Assembly (NCBI GenBank): GCA_902541175.1
Contig: CACBPP010000004.1
Location: forward strand, 6,661-70,660
DNA length: 64,000 bases
Origin: an uncultured SAR86 cluster bacterium
GTDB lineage: Bacteria; Pseudomonadota; Gammaproteobacteria; Magnimaribacterales; D2472
Direction: 5' to 3'
Below the pieces are notes generated by a model that searched no databases, had not been told where the DNA came from, and was given only the letters and a program-made list of their open reading frames with translations. Every line of letters begins with the position of its first letter. Position 1 is the stretch's first letter. This document shows positions 1 to 9,453 of the stretch, in pieces. A program made the translations under genes and the position numbers.

Positions 1-1
1 A

Positions 2-634
2 TTAATTCAGGCCAGACCGAGATATGAAAGCGAAGGTAGATTAAAACTCTTAGATGAAATATTTAAGTCAGACACACTTAAACAATCCAATAAACCTTTT
101 TTATGTTATGCATATGATATTGAAAATAGATCTAATAAGGTATTTGATTCTTTTAATACTCCAGATATTACTTTTAAAGATGCAATAGCTGCCTCAAGCG
201 CAGCACCTATGTATTTTCCTTCATATCAAATGGAAGATAAATCATGGATGATTGATGGAAGTATAATAACTAATAATCCAACTTTAATAGGATATTCATA
301 TTCTAAGAATTTGCTTGAGACAAATAATATAAGAATTCTTAGCCTTGGATCCGGACAAAACAAAATAAAAATTGATGGAGAAAATTCCACTAACTGGGGC
401 GGCGTAGGGTGGTTAAGAAATGACATTATGGGGATGTTGCTTGATTCAGAGATACATAATCAAATATCTTCCAGTTTCTTTGAAGATAATTATTTAAGAG
501 TAAACTCACCATTAGGAAAAGTTAATAAATTGTTAGATGACGATTCTGAAGAAAATTTAGAGAAAATACATTTAATGGGCATGGAATGGTGGTCTGACTA
601 TGGTGAACAAGCATTGAATTTTATAGATCTTTAA
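2..634 (+). CDS. Patatin-like phospholipase, 5'-truncated by the window edge
   Basis: Frame is open from base 2 (LIQARPRYES...) into ORF 209..634. Patatin motifs ASSAAPMYFP and DGSIITNNP (DGG-type catalytic Asp block), plus ILSLGSG. Confidence 0.8.
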   Translation, partial: LIQARPRYESEGRLKLLDEIFKSDTLKQSNKPFLCYAYDIENRSNKVFDSFNTPDITFKDAIAASSAAPMYFPSYQMEDKSWMIDGSIITNNPTLIGYSYSKNLLETNNIRILSLGSGQNKIKIDGENSTNWGGVGWLRNDIMGMLLDSEIHNQISSSFFEDNYLRVNSPLGKVNKLLDDDSEENLEKIHLMGMEWWSDYGEQALNFIDL

Positions 635-674
635 GTTTTTCTAACCAAGTGCATAGAAATACGCCTAATTTATC

Positions 675-703
675 TTGACATAAATTGGTCAAAAACGTCT
701 AAT
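675..703 (+). promoter_or_regulatory. Putative sigma70 promoter of the TBDR with an overlapping inverted repeat
   Basis: TTGACA (675-680), 17 nt, TCTAAT. TTGAC-N8-GTCAA palindrome (675-692) overlaps the -35. Confidence 0.4.
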
Positions 704-746
704 AATGTTGAAAATTTAAATTTCTTGAAATACCTGGGGGGTAATC

Positions 747-3734
747 GTGAAAAAGTACTTATTATCATTATTATTAATGTTGCCTATCTCTATGTTTTCT
801 ATTGCACAGGAAACTAATACAGATGATGAGGTCGAGGAAGTTGTTGTAACTGGAATTAAGAAAAGCTTAATCAGCGCAATTGATATAAAAAGAAGCAATG
901 TTGGAGTTGTTGATGCAATTACTGCAGAAGATTTTGGTAAATTCCCAGACAATAATTTAGCTGAATCTCTTGCAAGAGTAGTAGGTATAGGTATTGATAG
1001 AAGTAACGTTGAAGGAGAAAGAGTTGCTGTAAGGGGATTTGGCCCGGAGTTAAACTTAGTTACTCTCAACGGTCGTCAAATGCCAACAGTTCCTGGTCAA
1101 TGGGGCGGAGGAAGATCTTTTAATTTTGGAGATATTTCATCTCATGGTGTTGCAGCTGTTGAGGTCTATAAATCTACAAATAGCTCATTACCGTCTGGTG
1201 GTATTGGCTCGACAATTAACATGGTTACAACAAAACCATTATCAATAAATGGTACTTTGAATTCATTTTCAGTTGACGTTTTAGACGACACTACAAGTAG
1301 TGATGGTTTAAAGCCTGAATTTAATTTTGTTCATAGCTCAAACTTTGGTAAGTTTGGTTTTGCAGTATCAGGCTCATTTCAAGACAGAAATAATGTTGAA
1401 GAAGGTACTCGAGAATCTAACTGGATAACTGTAGAGGACTTAGCTGCTATAGAGGGATATTCCAGAGTAGACAAAACAGCTGCTGGAATAACTAACAATA
1501 ATACAAGAGCTGATGGTAAAACTTTTTACCAAGAGCCAGCAGCTTATCAAATTAAGGAAAATGATAGAGAAAGAACAAATGCTCAAGTAACAATGCAGTA
1601 TGCCTTTTCTGATAATGTGATGGCAACAGTTGATTATACCTATTCTAAGGTTGAATTTAGTTCAATTGGACAAATGTTTGGATCTTGGCTTGGTGGGTGG
1701 ACAACTTCTCAAGGAACAATAAATGAAAACGGTGTATATACTGATGTTGTTGTTGGAGATAGAGGATATGATCATCAGTTAATCTGGGGTGATACTGAAA
1801 ATGAGAATGGTTCATTAGGTTTAAATATTGAATGGAACTATTCTGACGCTCTTTCTTTTGTTTTTGATTATCACGACTCATCTGCTGAAAAAACTGGAAC
1901 AGAGCTACCTAATGAACTTGGTTTTTCTACTCCAGCCACTGCAACTATTTATAGTTATAACGGCGGTAAAAATGGTATAAATACTTTCCTCTATGACAGA
2001 GATTTTGATTCTGATGATTTTATGTATGGATCACTATATTACAGAGATGCCTTCAAAGAAAATCAAATGGAGCAAATGCAGTTCAAAGGCAAATGGGAAA
2101 ATTTAGATGGCAAAATAAGTGATTCAATAAAATCTATTGAATTTGGCATTTCAAGTGCTGAATCTGAATTTAATGACATCAGATCAGAGCAGATTAACAA
2201 TGCTACGCCAAACACTTCAGCAAGTGCTTCAATTTTTTCCAAAACTTCTTTATCTGGTTTTATGGGCCTTACAGATATACTTACTACTTATTATTTTGAT
2301 ATTAATAAAAACACGGCAATTAATGAGTGGGTTTCAAACTTTGGCGAAATAACATCAGGTCCTATTGATATAAACGATAAAATTGAAGAGACACTTAATG
2401 CAGCGTTCATTCAAGTTAATATGGAGTTTATATTGAATGATAAGCCTCTAAATGTAGTTGCTGGTGTAAGATACGAAGAATCTGATACAACTTCAACAGC
2501 ATTAGAAGCTACTCCTTCATTGATAAGATGGGACTTTATTAATGGTCTTATTTATCCAAGTGGTGGCGAAGTTGCTGCTGCAAGATCAGGAAGTAATGAT
2601 ATTGTCCTACCTCAATTAGCAATGGCTTATGAATTAACTGATGATCAAGTATTAAGGTTTAGCTATGGTAAGTCTATGGGTAGACCATCATTGCAAGATC
2701 TTAGAAGTTCTTTCCAATTTGGGAATAGAGACTTTTTAGTTCCAACAGCATCAGGTGGAAACCCAGGATTGGAGCCACTTGAGTCTGAAAATATTGATCT
2801 TGCTTATGAATATTACTATGACGAAGGTAGTTATTTTTCAATCAATTACTTTAAAAAAGATATTGATAACTTTATAAGTTCAGATGTTTCACTAGGTGCT
2901 ATTGATGGATTAACGAATCCTGCTAATGGTGAAATAGGTGCTTTTGCTCAAGCTTGTGTTCAAGAATGGGATACAGCTGGTAGGCCGGATACTGTCTCAT
3001 ATGGTGAGCCAGGATCATGGACATACTGTCCATCGCAACAAGCTATCTGGGCTCAATCATGGATGAATATATATCAACACATGGCGTGGGTTGCTTTAGC
3101 AATGCAAGCTCATGGTGGCTCTTTACCTGAAACATGGAATAACGGTTGGGCTTTTGATTATGGTGGAGGTTCACCTAACTGTAATGATGGTGGTTGGTGG
3201 AGATGTAATCCAGGATACATTGATGGTACAAGTTCAGATCCAGCGGCTATTTTTGAGATTATGAGACCTCTTAACCTTGAATCAGGCTCTGTAGATGGTT
3301 TTGAAATCGTACTTCAACATCTATTTGGTGATTCAGGTTTTGGAACACAAATTAATGCAACTTTTGTATCTGGTGGAGATGTTGATATTGATAGAAATGA
3401 CTTAAGCCGACAATTTATTTTACCTGGTCTTGGTGATTCAAGTAATTTTTCAGTATTCTATGAAGACTCTAAGATAACAGCTAGAGTTGCTCTAAATTCA
3501 AGAGGAGAAACAGTTGCTGGTTTTGGAAACTATGATCAACCATTATATGTTGAAGAACGAAATCAGTGGGACATATCAATGGCATATAATGTAAATGAAG
3601 ATGCAGTGGTATTCTTTGAGATCCAAAATATTAATGATGAACCAACAAGACTATATGCCAGATATGAAGAGATGTTATTTTTATCTCAAGATCATGGCCC
3701 AATTAGAAGGTTAGGCTTTAGATATAAGTTTTAA
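747..3734 (+). CDS. TonB-dependent receptor (glycan-uptake type)
   Basis: Signal peptide, TonB box EEVVVTG, plug motifs DAITAEDFGKFPDNNLAESLAR and VRGFGP, GNPGLEP, C-terminal RYKF. GTG start preceded by GGGGGG SD. Confidence 0.95.
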   Translation: MKKYLLSLLLMLPISMFSIAQETNTDDEVEEVVVTGIKKSLISAIDIKRSNVGVVDAITAEDFGKFPDNNLAESLARVVGIGIDRSNVEGERVAVRGFGPELNLVTLNGRQMPTVPGQWGGGRSFNFGDISSHGVAAVEVYKSTNSSLPSGGIGSTINMVTTKPLSINGTLNSFSVDVLDDTTSSDGLKPEFNFVHSSNFGKFGFAVSGSFQDRNNVEEGTRESNWITVEDLAAIEGYSRVDKTAAGITNNNTRADGKTFYQEPAAYQIKENDRERTNAQVTMQYAFSDNVMATVDYTYSKVEFSSIGQMFGSWLGGWTTSQGTINENGVYTDVVVGDRGYDHQLIWGDTENENGSLGLNIEWNYSDALSFVFDYHDSSAEKTGTELPNELGFSTPATATIYSYNGGKNGINTFLYDRDFDSDDFMYGSLYYRDAFKENQMEQMQFKGKWENLDGKISDSIKSIEFGISSAESEFNDIRSEQINNATPNTSASASIFSKTSLSGFMGLTDILTTYYFDINKNTAINEWVSNFGEITSGPIDINDKIEETLNAAFIQVNMEFILNDKPLNVVAGVRYEESDTTSTALEATPSLIRWDFINGLIYPSGGEVAAARSGSNDIVLPQLAMAYELTDDQVLRFSYGKSMGRPSLQDLRSSFQFGNRDFLVPTASGGNPGLEPLESENIDLAYEYYYDEGSYFSINYFKKDIDNFISSDVSLGAIDGLTNPANGEIGAFAQACVQEWDTAGRPDTVSYGEPGSWTYCPSQQAIWAQSWMNIYQHMAWVALAMQAHGGSLPETWNNGWAFDYGGGSPNCNDGGWWRCNPGYIDGTSSDPAAIFEIMRPLNLESGSVDGFEIVLQHLFGDSGFGTQINATFVSGGDVDIDRNDLSRQFILPGLGDSSNFSVFYEDSKITARVALNSRGETVAGFGNYDQPLYVEERNQWDISMAYNVNEDAVVFFEIQNINDEPTRLYARYEEMLFLSQDHGPIRRLGFRYKF

Positions 3735-3752
3735 TATATTCTCGATACTAAT

Positions 3753-3780
3753 AAAAAAGAGGGTTTAGTCCCTCTTTTTT
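3753..3780 (+). terminator. Rho-independent terminator (bidirectional)
   Basis: AAAAAAGAGGG-TTTAGT-CCCTCTTTTTT immediately after the TBDR. Confidence 0.85.
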
Positions 3781-3795
3781 ATATATACTATTTTT

Positions 3796-6096
3796 ATGAG
3801 TTTACTAAGAACAATAATTATTATTTTTGTGATATCTTCCTGTGGAGGAGGAGGCGGAGGTGGCGGAAGTCAAACTCCATCTGTTCCTTTCGCAATAACA
3901 TTAGGCTTAACTTCTTTTAGCTTAGATGAAGATTCTTCTTTTACTGGTTCAATAGCTGCAACTGCAAATGAAGTAGTTACTTTTTCATATTCTATTGATG
4001 ACCAAGCTCAAAACGGATCAGTCACTCTTTCATCTACTGGACCACAAATAACATATAAACCAAATGCTAATTTTAATGGAAGTGATCAATTTAAATATAC
4101 AGTTACAGCTTCAAATAATAGAACTAAAAGTGCTACAGTAAATATAACTGTTAATCCTGTAAATGATCCTCCTTCATTGATTTTGTTAGAGTTAAATGAT
4201 TCCTATGAAGACAAATTCTCTGATGAAAACTTTACAATAAAAGTTCAAGTTGAAGATGTTGATAACGATATTTCTGAACTAGTCTTCTCATCAAGTAGTT
4301 TATACGGCGATCTCAATACATCTTTTAACTCTGTTGATAGTATTGTTAGTATTGATACTGCAAATTTTAATTTTGCGGGACCATTAGATGTTGATTTATC
4401 TGTCTCAGATGGAACTGATTCAGCTTCAACGCAGGTCAAATTCTGGAACCTAAAAAACATATCCGATGAACAATCTGTAAATTCTGTATATACATTTCTT
4501 GGCAATCACCTAAATAACGATAGACGTATAAATTACGTTATTTTCATTGATGCATTTGAAGATGATGAATTGAGTGGTATTCGTCAAGGGCTTAAAGAAT
4601 GGGTGGATTTTATAAATGATGATGGGATTGGCTATTTCGTAAACAATTTTTTTAACATAAATTTAATTGAATTAAGTTCTGAAGAAACAAAACTCAAAAT
4701 ACAAACAGGAAGAACTATAAAAGAAGATAATGATTTTGATTCAATGACTGAAGAAGAAATTGATGAATTTTATGATGGAATATTTTCTGAAAGTGGGTGC
4801 GGATTAAGAGATGATAATATGTATTGTTTTAATAATGAATTTGTAACAAGTGCAGAAGATCTTATAAAAACTTACGGAATAAATGATATCGATAATATTT
4901 CAATCTTAACTTCAACTGAAGGTCGAGGAACTGCATGTGGAGGTTGTAGCACACCAATTAATATTCAAGACGTTTATATTGGTACTAATGCTTCTCAAGA
5001 CGTTTATATTAGACTGGTTATGGCTACCTTAAAACATGAGTTTGGTCACTCCTTTAATGACATGGCTGATGAATATAGATCTGATTATTGGGATCCTGAT
5101 GAGAATCCTGATGGATCTATTAATTGTAAATCAGTCAATGATTATTATGATGACTTAATAGAATATGATGTAAATGATGATGGAGTAATTGACGACGAGG
5201 AGAATACAGAAATTGAAAGAGATGGCTTAATATTTGATTGGACATGTGGCTGGGTTGATGCAAGTCCTAACACAACCTCTGAAGATGAGCCCGAGTTTCT
5301 AAAATGGAAACACTTACTAGCAAATCCTGACAACATTCCTGGTTATCATGATGAGGAGACAACAGAAGGGTTAGGCATGTTTAAAGGTACATACTATGGA
5401 ATAGAGAATACATATAGACCAACATATGAAAATATTATGGGAAGTCCTAATAGAGATGATAGAGAAGAATGGTGGTATTTTGGTAATAAAACGCCTGCAA
5501 TGTCTTGGGATAAAGTTGGAGTAGAAAGTTTTGTTATTCAAGCACTCAAATATCAAGGACTTCATAATCTTAGCTATCAATTTGGTGAAAATAGTCTTGT
5601 AATTAATCTAGACTTTGTAATGCCAGATGATATTTTTGAAATTAGGTGGTTTATAGACGGAGTTGAAAACAATTCATACAGAAATTCAACTTCAATTACA
5701 TTACCAAAACTAAGTTCTGGATGGCAAAAAATAGCTTATAGAATTTTTGAAAACAATAATGAATATAATTTTTTATCAGCCGAAGATTCTCTTGATACTT
5801 TTGCAGATGTATATCAAGGATTTTTTACATCATTTAACCAATTACATTATTGCGATGAACCCTTCACAGATGCTGAAGGTTATGAAGATCCTATTTGTCA
5901 TGGAACAGTAACTGCTTATGATATTCAAGACGATGGAACTACAGCACAAGGTTATGGAGCATATGATGTAAAAAATTTCAGTGATTTAATAGATCTTTAT
6001 TGCTCTAATTGCAGTGAAAGTAATCATTGGATGGAGTATTATGTTGAATACTCAGGTCTGGGGGGTCAGATTGGAATAAACTGGAACAATTTATGA
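3796..6096 (+). CDS. Surface lipoprotein: Ig-like/cadherin-type repeats plus M64-like zinc metallopeptidase
   Basis: Lipobox ISSC followed by poly-Gly; YKPNANFNGSDQFKYTV...VNPVNDPP (Big_9/cadherin-like); HEFGHSFNDMADEY zincin motif typical of peptidase M64; EF-hand-like DVNDDGVIDDEE. Confidence 0.75.
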   Translation: MSLLRTIIIIFVISSCGGGGGGGGSQTPSVPFAITLGLTSFSLDEDSSFTGSIAATANEVVTFSYSIDDQAQNGSVTLSSTGPQITYKPNANFNGSDQFKYTVTASNNRTKSATVNITVNPVNDPPSLILLELNDSYEDKFSDENFTIKVQVEDVDNDISELVFSSSSLYGDLNTSFNSVDSIVSIDTANFNFAGPLDVDLSVSDGTDSASTQVKFWNLKNISDEQSVNSVYTFLGNHLNNDRRINYVIFIDAFEDDELSGIRQGLKEWVDFINDDGIGYFVNNFFNINLIELSSEETKLKIQTGRTIKEDNDFDSMTEEEIDEFYDGIFSESGCGLRDDNMYCFNNEFVTSAEDLIKTYGINDIDNISILTSTEGRGTACGGCSTPINIQDVYIGTNASQDVYIRLVMATLKHEFGHSFNDMADEYRSDYWDPDENPDGSINCKSVNDYYDDLIEYDVNDDGVIDDEENTEIERDGLIFDWTCGWVDASPNTTSEDEPEFLKWKHLLANPDNIPGYHDEETTEGLGMFKGTYYGIENTYRPTYENIMGSPNRDDREEWWYFGNKTPAMSWDKVGVESFVIQALKYQGLHNLSYQFGENSLVINLDFVMPDDIFEIRWFIDGVENNSYRNSTSITLPKLSSGWQKIAYRIFENNNEYNFLSAEDSLDTFADVYQGFFTSFNQLHYCDEPFTDAEGYEDPICHGTVTAYDIQDDGTTAQGYGAYDVKNFSDLIDLYCSNCSESNHWMEYYVEYSGLGGQIGINWNNL

Positions 6097-6548
6097 AGAT
6101 TTTTCTAATTCTTTTAATTACTTTGAATTCGAATTCAATATTGGCTGAGTTTAAGTTAAAAATAGATCATCATGGTAATGTTGTTAATCCAATAAGTTTA
6201 AATAAAACTCAAATTGATCTTCAGGCCGTTGAGTTTGATAAGGAATTGAAATTTTCATCTGAATTAATTAAGCAACACTTAAAACGTGTTTCAGAAATTG
6301 TTCCTGTAAATACTTTTGTTGTTTTATATGGCGATAAAGATGGAATAGTTAATGAATTTAATAAAACCTATTTTCAAAAAGAAATATCTCTTTCTCATAC
6401 TGGAGAGGATCATCACTATCATCCAGAATTCTTTTTGCATGACACATTAGAAATAGATATTGAATTAGATGAGCATCAAAAATCTATTTTTATACTGCAA
6501 AAAAAGAAAACAACATTAATACCTATAAAAAAATTAGTTTTAAATTAA
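6093..6548 (+). CDS. Exported hypothetical protein, translationally coupled to the peptidase
   Basis: ATGA overlap with upstream stop; signal peptide; His cluster HTGEDHHYH. Confidence 0.7.
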   Translation: MKIFLILLITLNSNSILAEFKLKIDHHGNVVNPISLNKTQIDLQAVEFDKELKFSSELIKQHLKRVSEIVPVNTFVVLYGDKDGIVNEFNKTYFQKEISLSHTGEDHHYHPEFFLHDTLEIDIELDEHQKSIFILQKKKTTLIPIKKLVLN

Positions 6549-6607
6549 ATTTATAATTTTCTATTGTAAGAATCTACTTAAATATGTATAGTCAGTTTCA
6601 CTTCATA

Positions 6608-6683
6608 GCGGTACTAGCTCAGTTGGTAGAGCGTCTGCTTGCCAAGCAGAAGGCCGCCGGTTCGAGACCGGCGTACCGCACCA
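6608..6683 (+). tRNA. tRNA-Gly (anticodon GCC)
   Basis: 76-nt cloverleaf: acceptor GCGGTAC/GTACCGC, anticodon arm TCTGC-TTGCCAA-GCAGA, TTCGAGA T-loop, encoded CCA. Confidence 0.95.
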
Positions 6684-6769
6684 ACATTTATAATTAAAAA
6701 ACATACATAATTATTAATTCCGTCCCAATATATTTTTGTTATATTATTTATTTATATTAGGAGAGATTT

Positions 6770-7474
6770 ATGAAAAAATTTTTTTATAGTTTGCTAACAG
6801 TTCTATTTGTTTCCTCGCAATCATTGGTTGCTGCTGGATATATAGCAACATATTCTTTGAATGTTTCTAATCCAGGAGCATACGTCGAAGCAATGGATGA
6901 TTTAATGGAATCTGATTGGGGAAAATCTTTTCCCGCTGTTGTTAATTTACACCAATATGTTTTTAATGGTTATGATGACGCTACCCACGTAGTAGTTCTT
7001 AATTATGAAGATACTGAAAGTCTTGGAAAAGGTACAGAATCATTTTCTGCACCAGTATTTCAAAAGTTCCTAGCAAAAACATCTGAATTTACTGAACAAG
7101 TGGAGCAATCATTGAACATGAAGCTAATAAGCGGTGGAAATTATGAACCAGAAAATAATCAAGTTTATACTATTTACAGAATGAAGGTTGATGATGCTGC
7201 TGCATATGCAAAGGCTTACTCAAAAGTAACCAAAGCTCAAGAAGAAGCTGGAAATGTAGCTGGAAGCTATGGTTTAAGGGCTCAAATGAGTGGTAGTGTA
7301 AATTATTATACTCACTATGCATATACTAGCGCAGGAAGTATGACAGAGGCGATGAAATCTGCTGAAACATTATATTCAAGTGATTCATTTGCTGAATTCT
7401 CAAAAGACGTTGACGGCAACAGAGAGGTTAGAAACATTTCAATGATTCAATCCGTCAAAGTGTATAACAACTAG
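6770..7474 (+). CDS. Exported hypothetical protein with two internal repeats (NIPSNAP/dimeric alpha-beta barrel-like)
   Basis: SD AGGAGAG, signal peptide, two ~110-aa halves (YIATYSLNVSNPGAYVEA / YTIYRMKVDDAAAYAKA; THVVV / THYAY). Confidence 0.7.
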   Translation: MKKFFYSLLTVLFVSSQSLVAAGYIATYSLNVSNPGAYVEAMDDLMESDWGKSFPAVVNLHQYVFNGYDDATHVVVLNYEDTESLGKGTESFSAPVFQKFLAKTSEFTEQVEQSLNMKLISGGNYEPENNQVYTIYRMKVDDAAAYAKAYSKVTKAQEEAGNVAGSYGLRAQMSGSVNYYTHYAYTSAGSMTEAMKSAETLYSSDSFAEFSKDVDGNREVRNISMIQSVKVYNN

Positions 7475-7490
7475 ATTTAAACGAACTTTC

Positions 7491-7516
7491 AAGGGAGCTT
7501 AATGCTCCCTTTTTTT
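7491..7516 (+). terminator. Rho-independent terminator
   Basis: AAGGGAGC-TTAAT-GCTCCCTT followed by a T tract. Confidence 0.85.
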
Positions 7517-7544
7517 ATTAAATTTACTGCATTAACATATAGGC

Positions 7545-8495
7545 GTGAAAAAATACAAAATAGCTTTCTTAATCTTTCTACTGTCATCATGTGGTGGAGG
7601 TGGGTCTTCTAATTCTCAAGATACAAATATTCTTCCTGAAGCAGATAATGATGATTTATTAAATGAGACATGCGCCAATACCAATAGGGCCGGTATGAAG
7701 AGATGCGATTTAAAGCATGATAATTTGGATAGATACTATTATATTTATATGCCAGATAATCTAAATGAAAGTTCTAGTATTCCAGTTCTGTTTGCACTGC
7801 ACGGTTATGGATCTTCTGCTGCTCGGCATTTAGATTACACTAATTATTTTTCAATTGCAGACGAAAATAATCTAATTGTTGTATATCCACAAGGCGCATC
7901 AACTGCTTCCTTATCTGCACATTGGAATGTTGGAGGTTGGACTTCAAAAAGTCCTATCAAAGACCTCGATTTTTTTAATACCCTTATAGATTTAATAAAA
8001 TTAAAAATTCAAATTGATGAGACTAGAATTTATTCTTCTGGTATGTCTAATGGTGGTTATATGTCATATCACTTAGCTTGTAATTTAAGTGAAAAGTTTG
8101 CAGCAATAGCATCAGTAACTGGATCAATGACAAATGATACTTATAATGAATGTAATCCAAGTCATCCAACACCTATTTTACAAATTCACGGATTATTGGA
8201 TTTTGTAGTTCCATACAATGGCAACGCAGGATCAAAAAGTATTCCTGATATAATTGATTATTGGGTCAACTATAACTCATGTAATACAGACCCAAAAACA
8301 ATTATTAAATATAGCGATTATTCATTAATTTCATATGAAACTCATATAAATTGTTTAAATGATGTAAATGTTAAATTAATTCTTCATCCTGAAATGGGGC
8401 ACGATTGGCCCACAACACAATCATACAATGTTAATGCATCCTCTGAGATTTGGGATTTTGTATCTAAATACAATATTTACGGTTTAATAGAATAG
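7545..8495 (+). CDS. Lipoprotein esterase, PHB depolymerase/LpqC family (alpha/beta hydrolase)
   Basis: Lipobox LSSC-GGGG; FALHGYG; nucleophile GMSNGG; IHGLLDFVVPY; GHDW. Confidence 0.85.
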   Translation: MKKYKIAFLIFLLSSCGGGGSSNSQDTNILPEADNDDLLNETCANTNRAGMKRCDLKHDNLDRYYYIYMPDNLNESSSIPVLFALHGYGSSAARHLDYTNYFSIADENNLIVVYPQGASTASLSAHWNVGGWTSKSPIKDLDFFNTLIDLIKLKIQIDETRIYSSGMSNGGYMSYHLACNLSEKFAAIASVTGSMTNDTYNECNPSHPTPILQIHGLLDFVVPYNGNAGSKSIPDIIDYWVNYNSCNTDPKTIIKYSDYSLISYETHINCLNDVNVKLILHPEMGHDWPTTQSYNVNASSEIWDFVSKYNIYGLIE

Positions 8496-8577
8496 TTACA
8501 AAAAATATACATAAATTTAATAAAAATTTTAAATCTTGATGATATATTAGAAGTGTTTAAATAATAGGGAGATAATT

Positions 8578-9330
8578 ATGAAATTACTTTTAAGTATATC
8601 TTTGCTCTTCAGTTTTGTAGTTCTAGCCGATGATCATGTTGAATCATCAGGTTATGAGCCAAATGTAGCTGAGTACTATGTTAGTTCTTTTAAAGAAGGT
8701 AAGGATATGGATGATATGATGAAATGGGCTGCAAAGTGGACTAAATGGGCTGAAGAAAGTGAAGCGCTTAAAGATTATAGATCTGCAATGTTAGTTCCAT
8801 ACTATCATTCTGGCGAATTGCCTCATGATTTTGTTTGGGTTGGCATTAGTCCAAATCCTGAAGCACATTATGGCGGCAATGATCATTGGATTAATAATGG
8901 TCAGAAACTTCAAGCAGAGCTAAACACAATTCTTGAGTCTGGAAATCAAGCAATTTTTACATGGCAAAGAACAGTTTCAGAAACTCCAGATGGTCAAGCT
9001 AGCTATGCAGTATATAGTGACTGCAGATTAGCAGAAGGAGTTACCTCAGAAGATGTTTATAACGCATATTATGCATATGCAAAAGCAGCAAAAGAACTTG
9101 GTGATGTGGCTGGAAGAAAAATGATTTTTCCAGGAGCAGGAACAGGTTCTGATTGGGATTATGATTATGTTCAATTAGTTACAACATCAACAATTGCTGA
9201 TTACGGTAAAAATTGGACAAATTTTTGGTCAGATCAAGCAGGAGAGATGCCGGAGCTTAAAGCTCTTGAAGAACTTGGTGGTGTTTGTGAAAACGAACGA
9301 TCTTACAGTATTGTTCCCGTCAAGAATTAA
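8578..9330 (+). CDS. Exported hypothetical two-domain protein (same family as 19903 and 20770)
   Basis: SD AGGGAG, signal peptide, EGKDMDD...DFVWV and CRLAEGVT...DYVQL repeats, C-terminal Cys. Confidence 0.75.
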   Translation: MKLLLSISLLFSFVVLADDHVESSGYEPNVAEYYVSSFKEGKDMDDMMKWAAKWTKWAEESEALKDYRSAMLVPYYHSGELPHDFVWVGISPNPEAHYGGNDHWINNGQKLQAELNTILESGNQAIFTWQRTVSETPDGQASYAVYSDCRLAEGVTSEDVYNAYYAYAKAAKELGDVAGRKMIFPGAGTGSDWDYDYVQLVTTSTIADYGKNWTNFWSDQAGEMPELKALEELGGVCENERSYSIVPVKN

Positions 9331-9349
9331 AATATTGTCTTATTAATTT

Positions 9350-9376
9350 AAGGGAGTTTTTTAACTCCCTTTTTTT
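9350..9376 (+). terminator. Rho-independent terminator
   Basis: AAGGGAGTT-TTTT-AACTCCCTT followed by a T tract. Confidence 0.85.
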
Positions 9377-9390
9377 ATTTTCCCAGACTA

Positions 9391-9449
9391 AAAAAACTAT
9401 TTTTTTTTGCAAAAAAAGTGTTGACATCTAATTTAGTAGGAGTAATATT
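9391..9449 (+). promoter_or_regulatory. Strong sigma70-type promoter with A/T-tract UP element, driving the ncRNA
   Basis: A/T tracts 9391-9418, perfect TTGACA at 9421-9426, TAATAT at 9443-9448. Confidence 0.7.
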
Positions 9450-9453
9450 AAAT

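Noticed and set aside
736-741. G6 tract before the TBDR as a phase-variation site
   Set aside because: Too short for slippage and explained as the SD sequence.
3841-3870. GGA/GGC/GGT run as a simple sequence repeat
   Set aside because: Mixed codons encode the poly-Gly lipoprotein tether; not a perfect repeat.
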